From: Amoebidium appalachense
Taxonomy: Eukaryota; Protista; Ichthyosporea
DNA length: 64,000 bases
Reading direction: 5' to 3'
Assembly (NCBI GenBank): GCA_963693365.1
Contig: CAVNZM010000004.1
Coordinates: 9,452,468 to 9,516,467, forward strand
The translations under genes were made by a program, and so were the position numbers. Numbering within the stretch: the stretch's first letter is position 1; every line of letters starts with the position of its first letter. Shown piece after piece: positions 1-21,823 of this stretch. The notes under the pieces are model-generated. The model saw only the letters and a list, made by a program, of their open reading frames with translations, was not told the DNA's origin and searched no databases.

Positions 1-298
1 AACAGAACTGACATCAGGAAAACGAAAAGCTACAAACCCAAAGACAAGAAAGTGGAAGCCTTTCGTGTGTTGAAAGGAGTGAATCGGCGGTGTATTCGGA
101 AGTAACATGCCTACTAGCCTAGTAGCAGTTTGTATTTTTGTAACAGTGGGCATAGTTGTATAAATAAGAGCAACATTTACATTTCATCTGGTAACTCCAA
201 CCCATGCGTGTTCCCACGTGCGGGGCATTTAATCGGATTGACCTCAAGAGATTAGTGAAGGTCTTTACCAACCTCCCAAGCCAGTCTCTTCGCCACAG

Positions 299-1282
299 GT
301 AAGCACGCTGTTGGATTTTGGCTCTGCTGTTCTCTACACGGCAGAGCGAGTTTACATATTTAGCGCTTGAATAAAGCTGCGTGCATGTTATACCACACAA
401 CCACAGGTGGCCTTGTAAACGGGCTTTTCGCTAGCACATTCACGGTTGCAGACACATCAGGGCACGCAGTGCACCAAAATATGCATACGCATCGCTCTTT
501 GGTTGTGTAATCCATATCCATACTCCCCTGTCTCCATCTTTCTGGGAAATGTTTTACCCTCTCCAGCGATAACTCTTTTCCTTGGGGTGCCCTCCCCTCT
601 GTCCTTTTCTCTCTCCTCCCTTCCCCTCCCCCCTCCCCCCCCCCCCCTCCCCCCCAACGGCCGTCCTCACGGAAAACTCCGCAGTCACGTTTTCCTCTTG
701 TTGCCCCCCTCGCCCCCTCCCCCCCCCCCCCTCCCTTTTCCCCTCCTCCACCCAACCCGCCCAAGTCTCCCACCCCCCCCCCCCTCCCCCTACACGTACC
801 CCTCTGGTCCTCTCCGCTCTCGCATTCTCTCACGTGACCTTTCCTGTCTTACTAGCACTGGAACTTTATTTTCAGGTTGTTGAATTATGATGTATTTGAA
901 ATTTGTTTTGTATGTTTCACGTAGGAGGTTAACCACAAAACCTCTGATAATATTATTTGCATAGCTTTTTCAAAGAGGCAAGGAGTTTCTGACGTGTAGT
1001 TGTCGGTAGGCTGCTGCGTGAAAGAAGGATGGAACTAGAGGGTATTATCGCGGGCAAGTTAGAAATGTGTTGATGAGGGTTGGTGATTAAGTCACATCAG
1101 TGAGATTGATGGCTTGTTTTAGTGTAGGTTAGAAGGTGGGATGGGATGGTGTACCTAGAATGGTTCATGGTTCAATGCAGTTAGCATGATTCGGGGTAGA
1201 TTTGTGTGTGAACATGGAACTGGGTGTTTGCATGTGTGTGTATGTGTGTGCGTGCGTGCGTGTGTCTGTGTATGTGTGTTTG

Positions 1283-1315
<33 letters not shown>

Positions 1316-1515
1316 GGGGGAGAGAAGTGAAGGGGGTGCGGGGAGGGGGAGGGGGGGAGGGGACAGAGAGAGATGGGTGGGTTGTAAATGGTTTCCAGGG
1401 AGAAGAATAGGAGGCGGAGGGGAAGGGGGGGGAATGTTTAGTTTGGCGGTATGCTTTTGGCTGCCCAACTCTCACTTTTTTTTGTGTGTAACCGATGTGT
1501 TTATAATCTCCACAG
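299..1515 (+). other. Putative 5'-UTR intron of the chorismate mutase gene
   Basis: Strong donor CAG|GTAAGC at 298/299 and acceptor CTCCACAG ending at 1515, 13 nt before the ATG. The interior has the same C-rich then G-rich tracts as the coding introns. Confidence 0.45.
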
Positions 1516-1528
1516 GCACGTATCCACG

Positions 1529-10130
<8,602 letters not shown>

Positions 10131-10179
10131 AAATGTGTATCGGTGTGTGTGTGGGGGGGGGGGGGGGGGGGGGGGGATA

Positions 10180-10214
<35 letters not shown>

Positions 10215-10883
10215 CCTGCCTGTGTGCCTGTGTGTGTACGTGTGCGTGTGTGTGTAGTGGTAGTGGTCTAGAGCTTATCATGATATGGGGTTTTCTAAAT
10301 TGGATGGTTGTTTCTACGTGCGTATCCTGTTGAAAGGCCCAGTTATAAACAGCAGGCATTTGTGAATTTGAGACATATATGCTATATTTGGTAAGAACAA
10401 CACATCTCTCCTTAATCACCATATTCAGGCTGTAAGATTTAACCCCATTAATCAAATCAGTAAGAAGCGATTGATTCGGTAGGCATTTGATGATTTGATC
10501 GACCGAGACAGAACTTCTAGATCTACACGGAAATTCGGCGTTTTTTTTTTCATGATCATGATGAATCGTGCAATTTTCGGCCAAGGCCGAAAGCATGTAG
10601 TTGTATACTACAAACCAATTAAAAAATCTGAGCCTTTTGTGATTGTGCATGTGAGCCATTTGCTGTATGTGTATGAAGTTTGCACCGTGTATATATGTAT
10701 GTATTGCACAACTGTGTGCGTGGCACATGTCCCTTGCTTTATTTTTAGAAAACGTGCATTACACCATATCTTAAAACAAACAAAAAAGTAGGAATATGGA
10801 TATAATTCCACAGCATGCAATAGGTACTGCAACAGCATGTACATACCCGCCCCGCAAATATGTGATATAGTCAGTTTGAAAGT

Positions 10884-11200
10884 GAGTGGTGTAGTCCGGC
10901 CCGGACTAGCCCGAATAACATTCGGGTTAGGGCTGACTAGCCCAACCCGAAAACAAAACGGGTTGGGCTGAGGCCCCCCCAGTCCTGTTATAACCCCTCT
11001 GCAACCACTAATCGCGAGCCTATAGTAACCCTCCAGAAGACCACAACCCCTCCTAAAACCCCCTCTCTTTATACTGTTATTTGCGCAAACACACCTGCCA
11101 TATATGGTACGTCAGCCGGCCCAACCCATTTCCAGCTCAAAAACTTTGCGGGTTGGGCTGACCCAAACCAGACCGGCCCAATTACCCGCCGCACCACCTC
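10884..11200. mobile_element. Possible degenerate MITE with repeated GGCCC/CCCAACCC subterminal motifs
   Basis: Ends GTGGTGTAG... and ...CCGCACCAC, with several inverted copies of GCCCAACCC/GGGTTGGGC. No clean TSD found. Confidence 0.3.
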
Positions 11201-11524
11201 TTGTGTGTTTGAAAGAAGTTTCCTTTGGACCGAATTTCATGGTCCTTTCCGGTCAAGCAGGTGTGCATCGCACCAACCATGCACCCCAAAACTCCTAAAC
11301 ATAGGTCTGAACCGACCCGGAATCTTTAAAGAAAAATAGGCTTGCGTGTCGTGAAGTCGGGTCGGGCCAGACGCTGGCTATTGTACGTGCACGCCGGAGA
11401 AGATTTTCAAAAGACGCATACGCCATTATGACATCACATATAGTCTCTAATATCAACCTGATCGTGGATGAAATAAAAAGAAGAAATCCGATGATACCAC
11501 TACATCCATTTGTCGTTACCGTAC

Positions 11525-11575
<51 letters not shown>

Positions 11576-11900
11576 GGGGCATCCCTCCCCTCAAAAACAA
11601 GAAAAAAAATGATCTAAAAAAAAGGGGGGGCGGTTGTTTGATTAGTTACAATTTACGGTGTTGGTGTTTTGTGCACAAAAGACTCGTAAAAAAACAACAA
11701 CATTAATCAGGAATGATTAAAAAACATGAAACCAAAACACCATTACTTAGTCTACATAAAAACGAGGAATTGCTGTGAAAAGGGAACCTGCAAAACACTT
11801 AAATTCCATGTAATAAAAAACCCGTACTTAAAACTATGAAAGAAGAAACCAAAAGAATACACCACCAATATTTGTGGCCCCCATAAATAAATAAATTTTG

Positions 11901-12133
11901 CTACACCTCCTGCCCACCCTTCACCTTTTGCACCATCTCATAAAGCACCTCTGGTTGCATGCACGGTGACCCCTCCTTCTTCGCCTCTGCTTGTTCGACC
12001 AATCGCACGATGAGGCTGTTTACGGGTGTTGCGATCTGATTTGCTGAGCCCAGAGCAACAATCACACCATTCAGTTCCTTGATTTCGGTTGCCCGGCATG
12101 CCTGAAGGTCTTCGTACATGGATGACGTTGCAT

Positions 12134-12172
<39 letters not shown>

Positions 12173-12765
12173 GTGTGTGTGTGTGTGTTGTGTATGTGTG
12201 TGTGGTGGGTATGCGAGTGGGTGTGGGGGGGGGGGGGGGGGGGGGGGATTAAGTTGTTTACATCCACATTTAGGAGAATGTGGGTTTGGAAAGGGAGAAT
12301 AACCCGCACGACACGAGTACCAGGTAGACCATAGTGAGCATTCAGCTACACTGACAGGAACAGGCTGCCCAGGAGGAAACACACTTATTATCGTAACAAA
12401 AACCCTTTCCGCGCAAACACATGCCATGATAACAAATATTTTTGGGGGGAAAGGGAAAGAAGCCCTACACCTTAATTTGAAGAATCCATGTGAGTACGTT
12501 CAGTTGAGAGGAGGAAAGAGGCCTCAGAAAAGTAAAGCCCATCAAGATGCAGTGAAATCTTCCCCGTTTTTGTCCGATGTGCCGCTAGTAGGTCACATAC
12601 TGGGCAAGGAAAAGGGTAAAAGCCTGTCTGCGGCAGGCAGAACGAAATGGTGTTGTAGGTGGGTGAAGACTGAGGAATTTCGGCATAGGGGGGGAAAAGG
12701 GGGGGGGGGGGGGGGGAGCGGGAAGGGACAAAGAGGGAGGGGAGGGGAGGGGGGTTTGGGGGGAA

Positions 12766-12797
<32 letters not shown>

Positions 12798-13240
12798 ATA
12801 CCGGGTCAATGTTTATGGCAAACTTAAAAACTATTCCGAAAAGAAAGTCCGGCATGCGCATAAACCGGATAAGCACCGGTATGCCCAACGTGAAACTGTG
12901 CACTGGGAGACCTGCAGCCGCATAGACCCTCAGAGCCTCTTCGTAGAGATCAGCGACGATATTCCTTAGGTAGTAGTTTTCCAGCTGTTGCTTTAACTTG
13001 AACCCGGCAAGGGCATTGATGCTGTTGTTAAGGTTGATTACTAGCTTGCCACGCATGCTTGCTTCCATGTCTGTAGAGTTAAAGATGCTCACTACAAACC
13101 CAGCTTTACGTAAAGATTCGGCGGCGGCCACAGGCATGGTGTCGTCAAAGGCGAGAGGGCCGGTGCTCCCGCGGTGGAACCGGCCAGAGGTTGGGCTGGC
13201 TACGTTGAATGTGCATGTGCCTGCAACAACCTGCACGTGT

Positions 13241-13289
<49 letters not shown>

Positions 13290-13382
13290 TGGGTGTCGTG
13301 TTTGTGTGTGTGTGTGTACGGGGGAGGGGGGTGCAAGGGTGTGTGCCTGGGGGGGGTGGAGCGGGGCGGGGGGAGGAGTGAA

Positions 13383-13444
<62 letters not shown>

Positions 13445-14341
13445 AGTACACCATCCTTCAAGTTATGTCCCCTCAGCCCCTTAACCCCCCACCCCCCCAC
13501 CCCCCCCACCAACCACCCCTCCCCCCATTACTTTGACGTGCGTGTTTGCGTTCAACCACTTCCATGGTGTACGCGCGTGCGCGCATGCACACGTGTATGT
13601 GTCATTCTGTATGTGTGGGTATGTGTGTGCGATGGGATGTGTGCCTGGGTGCGTAACACAAAAGCGTACACACACGTGCACGTTGAGAGGGTAAGTGAAG
13701 GGGGGGGGGGGGGGGGGGGGGAAAGAGGAGAGAATGGAGGGGGTGGTGACGCTCAGGCAGCGAGGGAGAGGGAGTGAGGGGGAGAACGGGGGGAGGGGAG
13801 GAGGGGGGGGGGGGGGGGGGGGAGGGGGGCACACCTTGCACTGGGTTCCTTCTAGCACCAATTTCAGTTTGGGCACATTTTCCAATCCATTCTGGATGCT
13901 CACAACATACACATCCTCCCCACAGAGCTCGGGGTATTGCGTGAGCTCCCTGGCGATGGACTCGGTGGCACCAGACTTGACACACAGGAGAAGAATGGTG
14001 GGCCTGTAGACAAATATGGTAAGAATGCACAGCTAGAAATGGCGGGTGCATTGCAGTGATGGAGAACTTTCACAGGCGAAAGGGTAGCGCTCTTTGAAAC
14101 AGGTGTGTGGGATGTGGAGTATGTTTGTGCGACAGTATTAGAGAGCAGGTGCATGTGCATGTGTGTTCGGTGTGGCTCCTGGTATAGGTTTTAGTCCTGG
14201 AATAGGTGTCATTTTGTGTGTGCGTGTGTGTGTGTGTGTGCGTGTGCGTGTGTGTGCATGTGTGTGTGTGCGTGTGTGTGTGTGCGTGCATGCGAAGGTG
14301 GCACACCCACACACACAACCTCATACACGCACACACGCACA

Positions 14342-14422
<81 letters not shown>

Positions 14423-14738
14423 CCACACACACACGGACACACAAACTCACACAAACCAACCACGCCACTCCCAGGCCTTTCCCGTACCTGAGCTTTGCAA
14501 GATCCGCCATAGATGTCACCACCGTTATCTCCGACGCAGGCACGTGCGTGTTCTCTTCCTTCCTTTCCAAATCCGTAAGCGTAAACCCACCCGCCTCCTC
14601 AACCTGCTTCTGTAGGTAGGGTCTTCCGAGAAAGGAAACCTTGCAACCATTAGCCAGTAGCCGCCCACCTACATAACACCCAATTAGGCCCGCGCCCAGA
14701 ACGGCAAAAGTTGGTGTGGGTGCTTCGGTGCTCGCCAT
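11901..14738 (-). CDS. panE: 2-dehydropantoate 2-reductase (ketopantoate reductase, PanE/ApbA family), 360 aa, 4 exons
   Basis: Exons (minus) 14738-14488, 14003-13835, 13230-12802, 12134-11901, GT-AG, in phase. Rossmann motif [15 protein letters not shown], then LCVKS, SIQNG, catalytic [20 protein letters not shown] and catalytic [12 protein letters not shown]. Confidence 0.93.
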
Positions 14739-15688
14739 GCTGTTTTGCTTGGAAAGGGGGCGCTGGTGAGGCAAGATCTTCGTTTTTTGCCTTGTTTCTT
14801 GTGTTCACTTTGGCCTTAAAGATCGGAAGACATCCATAATGCTATCTCGTACTAATTGACACATATGAAATGTATACACCAATCAGATGCGGCTAAACAA
14901 TCTGCCGCAATTTGCTATGTGTCAAGTGTCACGCAATGGTCTGCGGTAGGTTTTGCGCAGCTGGGCTTGCAGGCTTACCGGACCAACTGAGCGCGCTGAG
15001 TGCTCAGACTACAGCTGTCTTTTTCTGCTTTGTTCGACTCAAGGCCAAGGCTTTTCCTACATCAGCGGTCCCATTGCAGTGTTCACACTTACGGGTTCTC
15101 TTTTTCGAAAAAAAAACAAAAAAAAACAGTGGAACGCAGTGATGCCATTTCTTATTCTATCTGCATGAGAGCCCAACCGATCAGCAGAGGCTCGTATCAG
15201 TGCTGTACTGAAGTTGTGCAAGCTTCAAATACTGTTGTTACTCAGGGCCCTTGAGCAAGCACGACACATGAACGATAGGGAAGGTAAGGTTTACACTGTC
15301 ACCACGCGAACTTTAATTAAGTAGGTTGGGAGTAAGGCTTCGGGCATAAATCCGAGAAATAGCCTGGCTAATCGGAAAAAACTCTCTCCCTGTGCAGGTA
15401 CGTCTCACGTGCCCGGCGAGGTACGCGCACCGTAGCGCGCGTGCACGCGGGTACACACGCAGATGTACATCTGCAACCGTAACTGTTCAAGTGCCTACGC
15501 GTCCACACGTCCACTAGAAAGCCCGACGGTGGTACCCAAACACACTAACGAAGGTGCACACACAGTTGCACTGTAAGATGGCAACACACAGGGCGCATGC
15601 ACGCACGCGTGGGAACACACGGTCACCGGTTACATGTAAAGGTGTGTGTGTGCATGTTATGTGTGTGGCGGAGTTTGGGCACGTGGAT

Positions 15689-15732
<44 letters not shown>

Positions 15733-15752
15733 ATGTGTGTGTGTGTGGTGAC

Positions 15753-15792
<40 letters not shown>

Positions 15793-16394
15793 TGTGTGTG
15801 TGCACGTGCGTGCGTGCGTGTGTGTGTGTGCCGGTGCGTAGAGGGGAGGAAGGAAGGGAGGGGGGGGGGGGGGGGACGGGGCTGGTTAGGGGAAGAATCA
15901 CAAAGGGTTAGGAGTACACTTTCATGACCGACACCTCGGCCACAGCACGTATGCTACGTCCGACGGCAGATCACACTCATCACCTTCACGTGCACGTGTA
16001 TAAACTTTACGTACGCCGATGCCCATATCTAAGCTGCGGGGAGAGGGGGGCAGGGGGGGGGGGGGGGGGGGGGAGGAAGAAAGCGATTGCTGGAGGACTC
16101 ACCCGGGGTACTTCAGTACACAGACTCGAGGTATACCAATAAGTAAAAAGTAACGTGGCCTAAGGGTGGGAGGGCAAAGGGGGGAGCCATGGTTGCCCAG
16201 TCGTTCAGAGCCTGGGCTCAGTCTGCCGTGTGACGATTTGCGCACGTGTACATAAAAAGGTGTAAGCGGTGGCATATGGGAGGTGGTGGGTGATGCACTG
16301 TGACTTAACTATTACGCTGGGCGGGCCGCCCTTTTTTTTCTAGTTAGACTACACGAGCATGTTCGAGTGCTAGCTCTGTAGGTCCATCGAGTGC

Positions 16395-16434
<40 letters not shown>

Positions 16435-16490
16435 AATTATGTGTGTGCGTGTGTGTGTGCTTAATTATGTGTGTGTGTGTGTGTGTGTGC

Positions 16491-16547
<57 letters not shown>

Positions 16548-16576
16548 TGTGTGTGTGTGTCTGTGTATTTGTGTGA

Positions 16577-16615
<39 letters not shown>

Positions 16616-16638
16616 TGTGTGTGTGTGTCTGTGTATTT

Positions 16639-16680
<42 letters not shown>

Positions 16681-16970
16681 TGGTTGAGTGTAGGTTTACA
16701 TGTCAGCTGCAGTGGCGAATGAGGTGTGTGTGTAAAAGCGCATGCACTTACCTAAAGGGGGGTCCACATTACACATGCCAGTACCACTGCTACGACGAGG
16801 AATGCTGTAATACGAACTTCTTTGTTGATGGAGGTTTCTGTGTCAATAGACACATAGCCAGGGGCTAGAAATTTTTTATTCAACCAATGTTTTTTGTGCT
16901 GTGTGTGTGTGTGTGTGTGTGTATGTATGGGTGTGTGTGTTGGGAGGGGGGGGGGGGGGGGGGGGGGGGG

Positions 16971-17025
16971 TTGAATGCGTCAAAAAGTACGAAGTACACA
17001 AGAACAAACGGATAACACGATGCAG
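16971..17025. repeat. Short dispersed repeat (copy 1) following a poly-G run
   Basis: TTGAATGCGTCAAAAAGTACGAAGTACACAAGAACAAACGGATAACACGATGCAG, nearly identical to 43775-43828. Confidence 0.8.
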
Positions 17026-17859
17026 AATGCAAGCCATACATAAAGAGTATGCATAATAAGCAGAGCCCATCCGCAGGGGGGGCCCACGTCATCCACAGTA
17101 CCCGAGTTTCGACCTATTCACCTCGTTAACGAAACCCAACTCAGATACTGTTTCACTTATACATAAGTAGGTCACCCGTCTTGATCAGAGACGAGCAGGG
17201 TTGCTTATGCAGGCAAGGGCAGTGGGAAAGGCCGGGGGTTAAAGTTGCAGCAGTAAGCAGAAGCAAGAAAAATATAGATAGGAACTCAGGAGACGGGGCT
17301 TCTAGAAGCTCCCCCGTCGCTACCTAAGTCGATACTTCCCTGGCTAACATACTACACCAGCTGAAAAGAATTAAGTCCCGAAGGCGGCAGAATTCGCAAT
17401 CAGAGGGGAAAATATGAGATTTGACTCACGCCGCAGGGTAGTAACACGCTTACTAGGGCGCAACTTTAACGTCTTCGAACGGAAAGCTATGCCCCCGGAT
17501 GTCAGCCGGAAATATGGTATCACCCATTGCTTTGGGCTTGAAAAAACCCAAACCGATAGTCCGAGTTATGTTACGCCGGCGGGTAACATGCCGCATGGGT
17601 TCCAAGGGAGCTGTCGCCAACAGAGCGGTGTGTGCATGCGTGCGCGTAACGCATTGTGTGAAGTGTGTCTATAGCTATTATGAGAGGGGGTATGCAGAAG
17701 TGGACAGATGAAGTGTGTGGAGAGAAAAACAGTAGGAAGAAAAGTAGACACTGGTGTGTGCAACCCCGCACAACATACATACACACACACACACACATAA
17801 ATAAGCGAAGATTACAGGTATCAACCAGAACAACACATGACAAGAAAAACAACAGGCGC

Positions 17860-17900
<41 letters not shown>

Positions 17901-18062
17901 AGAGAGGGGGGGGATGTGACTGATAGTTGGAAATAAGCACAGAGATCAAAAACAATGTAAGTGTATACACACACACACACATACGCGCGCACACAGACAC
18001 ACACAACGCACGCACGCATGTACACAGACACAGACACAGACACGGACACGGACACGGACACA

Positions 18063-18114
<52 letters not shown>

Positions 18115-18279
18115 CAAGCTTTACAGCCGACTTACCGTGAGACACAAATTTCCCTCCGCCAGCCAGCATACAGCCCATATCATACAGGTCTTGTTGTTCT
18201 GCGTCTCTCTCTCTCTCTCTCACTCTCACTCTCTCTCTCTGTCTCGCGTCTCTCTCCCCCCCCCCCCCCCCCTCTCCCC

Positions 18280-18310
<31 letters not shown>

Positions 18311-18740
18311 AAAAGAGAAAGCACTCTCCTTATGATTTCGTGTGTGTGTGGATGTGTGTGAGTATGTGGGTGAACGGAGGGAGAGGGGGGGGGGGGGGGG
18401 GTTAGCTGAACGTGTAAAAAGGGGACAGAACACCAAAGAGGACACAGCAGGGAAGGAAACCTCAAGGGAATGCAGAGCAAAGAAATATGGGCAGAGCGGG
18501 TGATGCGGTATCACATTGTGTTGAAACGGTGTTTAGAAAGTGCAGGAAGGGTGGTTCGGGGGGGAAGCAGGGGGGGGTACCCATACACCCACCAACCCAA
18601 CCACCTACACAGACACACACAGTGGCACACACGCACACACACACAGATACACACGCAAGCACACACACACACACACACACAGAGCGAGAGAGAGAGAGAG
18701 AGAGAGAGGGGGGGACGAAGGGGGGGGAGGGGGGGGGGGA

Positions 18741-18813
18741 GGAGCGGGAGATAGAGGGAGTGTGTGTGTGTGTGTGTGTGTCACTGAGACTTCAGAGGGT
18801 GTGTGTGTTGGGG

Positions 18814-18847
<34 letters not shown>

Positions 18848-19137
18848 GGGAACAGGGTGTAAGAGAGAACAGAGGGAAAGGGGAAGGGAGGGAGAGAGGG
18901 GAATAGGGAGAGAGACAACGGGGAGAGGAAGGGGAGGGGAGAGGAAGGAAGGGAGAAAAGAGGGAAGAGAGGCAGAAAGAGGAAAAGAGAGGAGCCGTAT
19001 GTGCATGTGGGACGGTGGTGAGTAGGGGTGGGGTGGGGGGGGGGGGGGAGGGGGGGGGGGGGGAGGAGCGGGAGATAGAGGGTGTGTGTGTGTGTGTGTG
19101 TGTGTCACTGAGACTTCAATGGGTGTGTGTGTTGGGG

Positions 19138-19168
<31 letters not shown>

Positions 19169-19346
19169 AGGGAACAGGGTGTAAGAGAGAACAGAGGGAA
19201 AGGGGAAGGGAGGGAGAGAGGGGAATAGGGAGAGAGACAACGGGGAGAGGAAGGGGAGGGGAGAGGAAGGAAGGGAGAAAAGAGGGAAGAGAGGCAGAAA
19301 GAGGAAAAGAGAGGAGCCGTATGTGCATGTGGGACGGTGGTGAGTA
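18741..19346. repeat. Near-perfect ~320-bp tandem duplication inside element A
   Basis: GGAGCGGGAGATAGAGGG...GTCACTGAGACTTCA...GGAGCCGTATGTGCATGTGGGACGGTGGTGAGTA occurs at 18741-19024 and 19065-19346. Confidence 0.9.
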
Positions 19347-20199
19347 TTGGTGGGGGGGGTGGGGTGGGGGGGAGGGGGGGGGGGGGGGGGAGGATGGGAG
19401 GGAGAGAGCGAGGGAGGGAGGGGGAAAGGGAGGGAAGGAGGGAGGGGGGTAAGAGGTGAGAGAGGGAGGAAGGGAGGGACGGATGAAAGAGGGGAGGGAG
19501 GGAGACAGACAGCGAGAGAGAGGGGAGGAAGGGGGGGAAGGGGGGGAAGGGGGGGGGGGGGGAGAGAGAGAGGGGGGGGGAGAGAGAGAAGAGAGAGAGG
19601 GGGGAGGCAGGAAGAGAGAGAGGGAGGGAGGGGGACAGGGAGGGGGGGGGGGGGGGGGAGGGAAGAGGGGGGAGGGAGAGGGAGGGGGGGGGGGAGAGAG
19701 AGAGAGAGAAAGAGAGAGAGACCCAGAGAGAGGGAGGGAGGGAGGGAGAGAGAGTGTGTGTGTGTGTGTTTGTGTGTGTGTTTGTGAGAATAGAGAGAAC
19801 AAGCAAAGTCTAACACTAATTCCATTTCCACAACCTTTGCTCATGCATGGAGAGGGGGTGGGAGGATGCTTATGGGAAAAGGGTTGGTGGCGGTTGGGGT
19901 GGTGGTGGTGGTGGTTAGGGGGGGGGGGGAGGGAGGAAAGGGGGGGGTGGGGGGGGCTCGTGGCTAAAAATGGTTGCTGCAACTCCTTTGGGCCATAGAA
20001 ACGCAGGAGAAGCTTATTATGTATCGTTCTCCTCCAAAAAGAGCACAAGGGGCAGGTCGTGCCTGTGGATGCACAGGTGTAGTGACACTGGACACAGTGG
20101 AGAGGGGTCTGAGTGACAACACGAGGGGCAAAAAGGGCCAAAAAAGAAAACAAGTTTTTTTTTTTTTTTTTTTTTTTTGTTTTGTTTTGTTTTGGGGGT

Positions 20200-20234
<35 letters not shown>

Positions 20235-20411
20235 TTCTCTTACTGCAGCTGTCTCCGGCACCGTCCGACCTTTGTGGGAGCGCTGGGAGAGCGGCGGCAA
20301 CAGCTGCTCATTGCACGCAGTGCGCGATTGGCAGAACTGACTTGCGCAAGCATGACATCATGGTCCCCGGCGCCCAGCGCGTTAGCATTATGGATGTCTT
20401 CCGAGCTTTAA

Positions 20412-21765
20412 AGTTCAGTCGACCTTTATAATGCTAACGCGCTGGTTTGGCGGACACCCTATGTCATGCTTGCGCAAGCTGTTTCTACCAATCGTGCACT
20501 GCTGGCAGTGAGCAGTTGTGGCCGCAGGTCTGGCGCCAGTCACTACATACAAAAAGATTGCTCATTGAGGTTCCTTTTTTTTGTGCTCAGAACGCGGCAA
20601 CTTAGTAGAGGTTACACTTGTGTCTTTTCCGTAACTTACGCACTTACATGAAGTTGTCGTCCTGTGGATTGAGTGAAGCGTTATAGGACTCATAAATTTC
20701 AGCTAATAGTGTTAGGATAGTAGAAGCTTGCGGGTTGGGGACTGGGGATCCGTTCAACGTTCAAAGCCACCCAAACTTTAGAAGGTAACCTGGAGCATAC
20801 CGAGTAGAGCATTTGAGTAGAGCCCTGAGGTGTGTCCTTACTTGAGTAGAGCCCTGAGGTGTGTCCTTACCAGCAGCACATGTTACAAACTGTTGAGCCT
20901 AGCTCGACCTCCTAGTCAGATGCCGGCCGGTTACCATTCTCATTATATAGTAATTCCAGTCCCGGTCTCAGCATCACGAAAGTGGTTCTTGTTCTGACAC
21001 AATGATTCAGGGTAAGTGTCCCCCCCCCCCTCCCCTTCCTTCCCCCCCCCCCCCCCCTTCCTTTTGTGCTTTGCTCCCCCCCTCCCCCCCCCTTTCTTTC
21101 TTCGTTATTCCTAACACATACTGCCCACACGGTTAATTAATAACGGTTTCCCATCTTTCGACTTTTGTGCTCCCCCCCTTCCCCTCCCCCCCTCGTCCTT
21201 TCTTTCTTCTGCCTTCCTAACCGCTGCTGCACACGTTTCAGTAATTACAGTCTCCCACCTTTGGACAAATCTTCTTCTATTGCGTTGAGCTACCTGGGTG
21301 TCTACAGCCCCCCCCTCCCCCCTCCCCCCCCCCCCCCCCCCTGCCCCTCCCCCCTTCCCACCCTCCCCCTCCCCCCTCTCCCCCCACACCCACCCATCTA
21401 CCCTTTTTTTTTTGGGTTTCCCTTGTTTCCTTTCAATTCTTTTTGTCAAATCTTGGGATCACTCACATCGGTCAAGAAATTACTTCGAATCTTCAACTCC
21501 ATATGCAAACCACGTGATTTTGCTCTGTATCATTATACCTTGTCCCAATCGACTGGCATCAGCATTTTACAGCCACGAACCCTCCCCCCGCCCCTCCCTC
21601 CCCTCCCCCTCCCCCCCCCCCCCCCCCCCCCTCCCCCCCTCCCCCCCCCCCACACACACACACACTTCTTCCCATTTCCATCTTTTTCATCCTCCCAGCC
21701 CATTTCCATGCATGAACAAAGATCGTGGAACTCACTTTGCTTTTAGGCTATGCATGTTCTCTCTC

Positions 21766-21823
<58 letters not shown>

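Larger units (their letters stand above)
14820..20407. mobile_element. TIR DNA transposon A (5588 bp), TTAA target site, AG...CT termini (Kolobok-like), non-autonomous or decayed
   Basis: Left end 14820-14844 AGATCGGAAGACATCCATAATGCTA. Right end 20383-20407 reverse-complements to AGCTCGGAAGACATCCATAATGCTA (24/25). Flanked by TTAA at 14816-14819 and 20408-20411. No intact transposase ORF seen. Confidence 0.85.
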
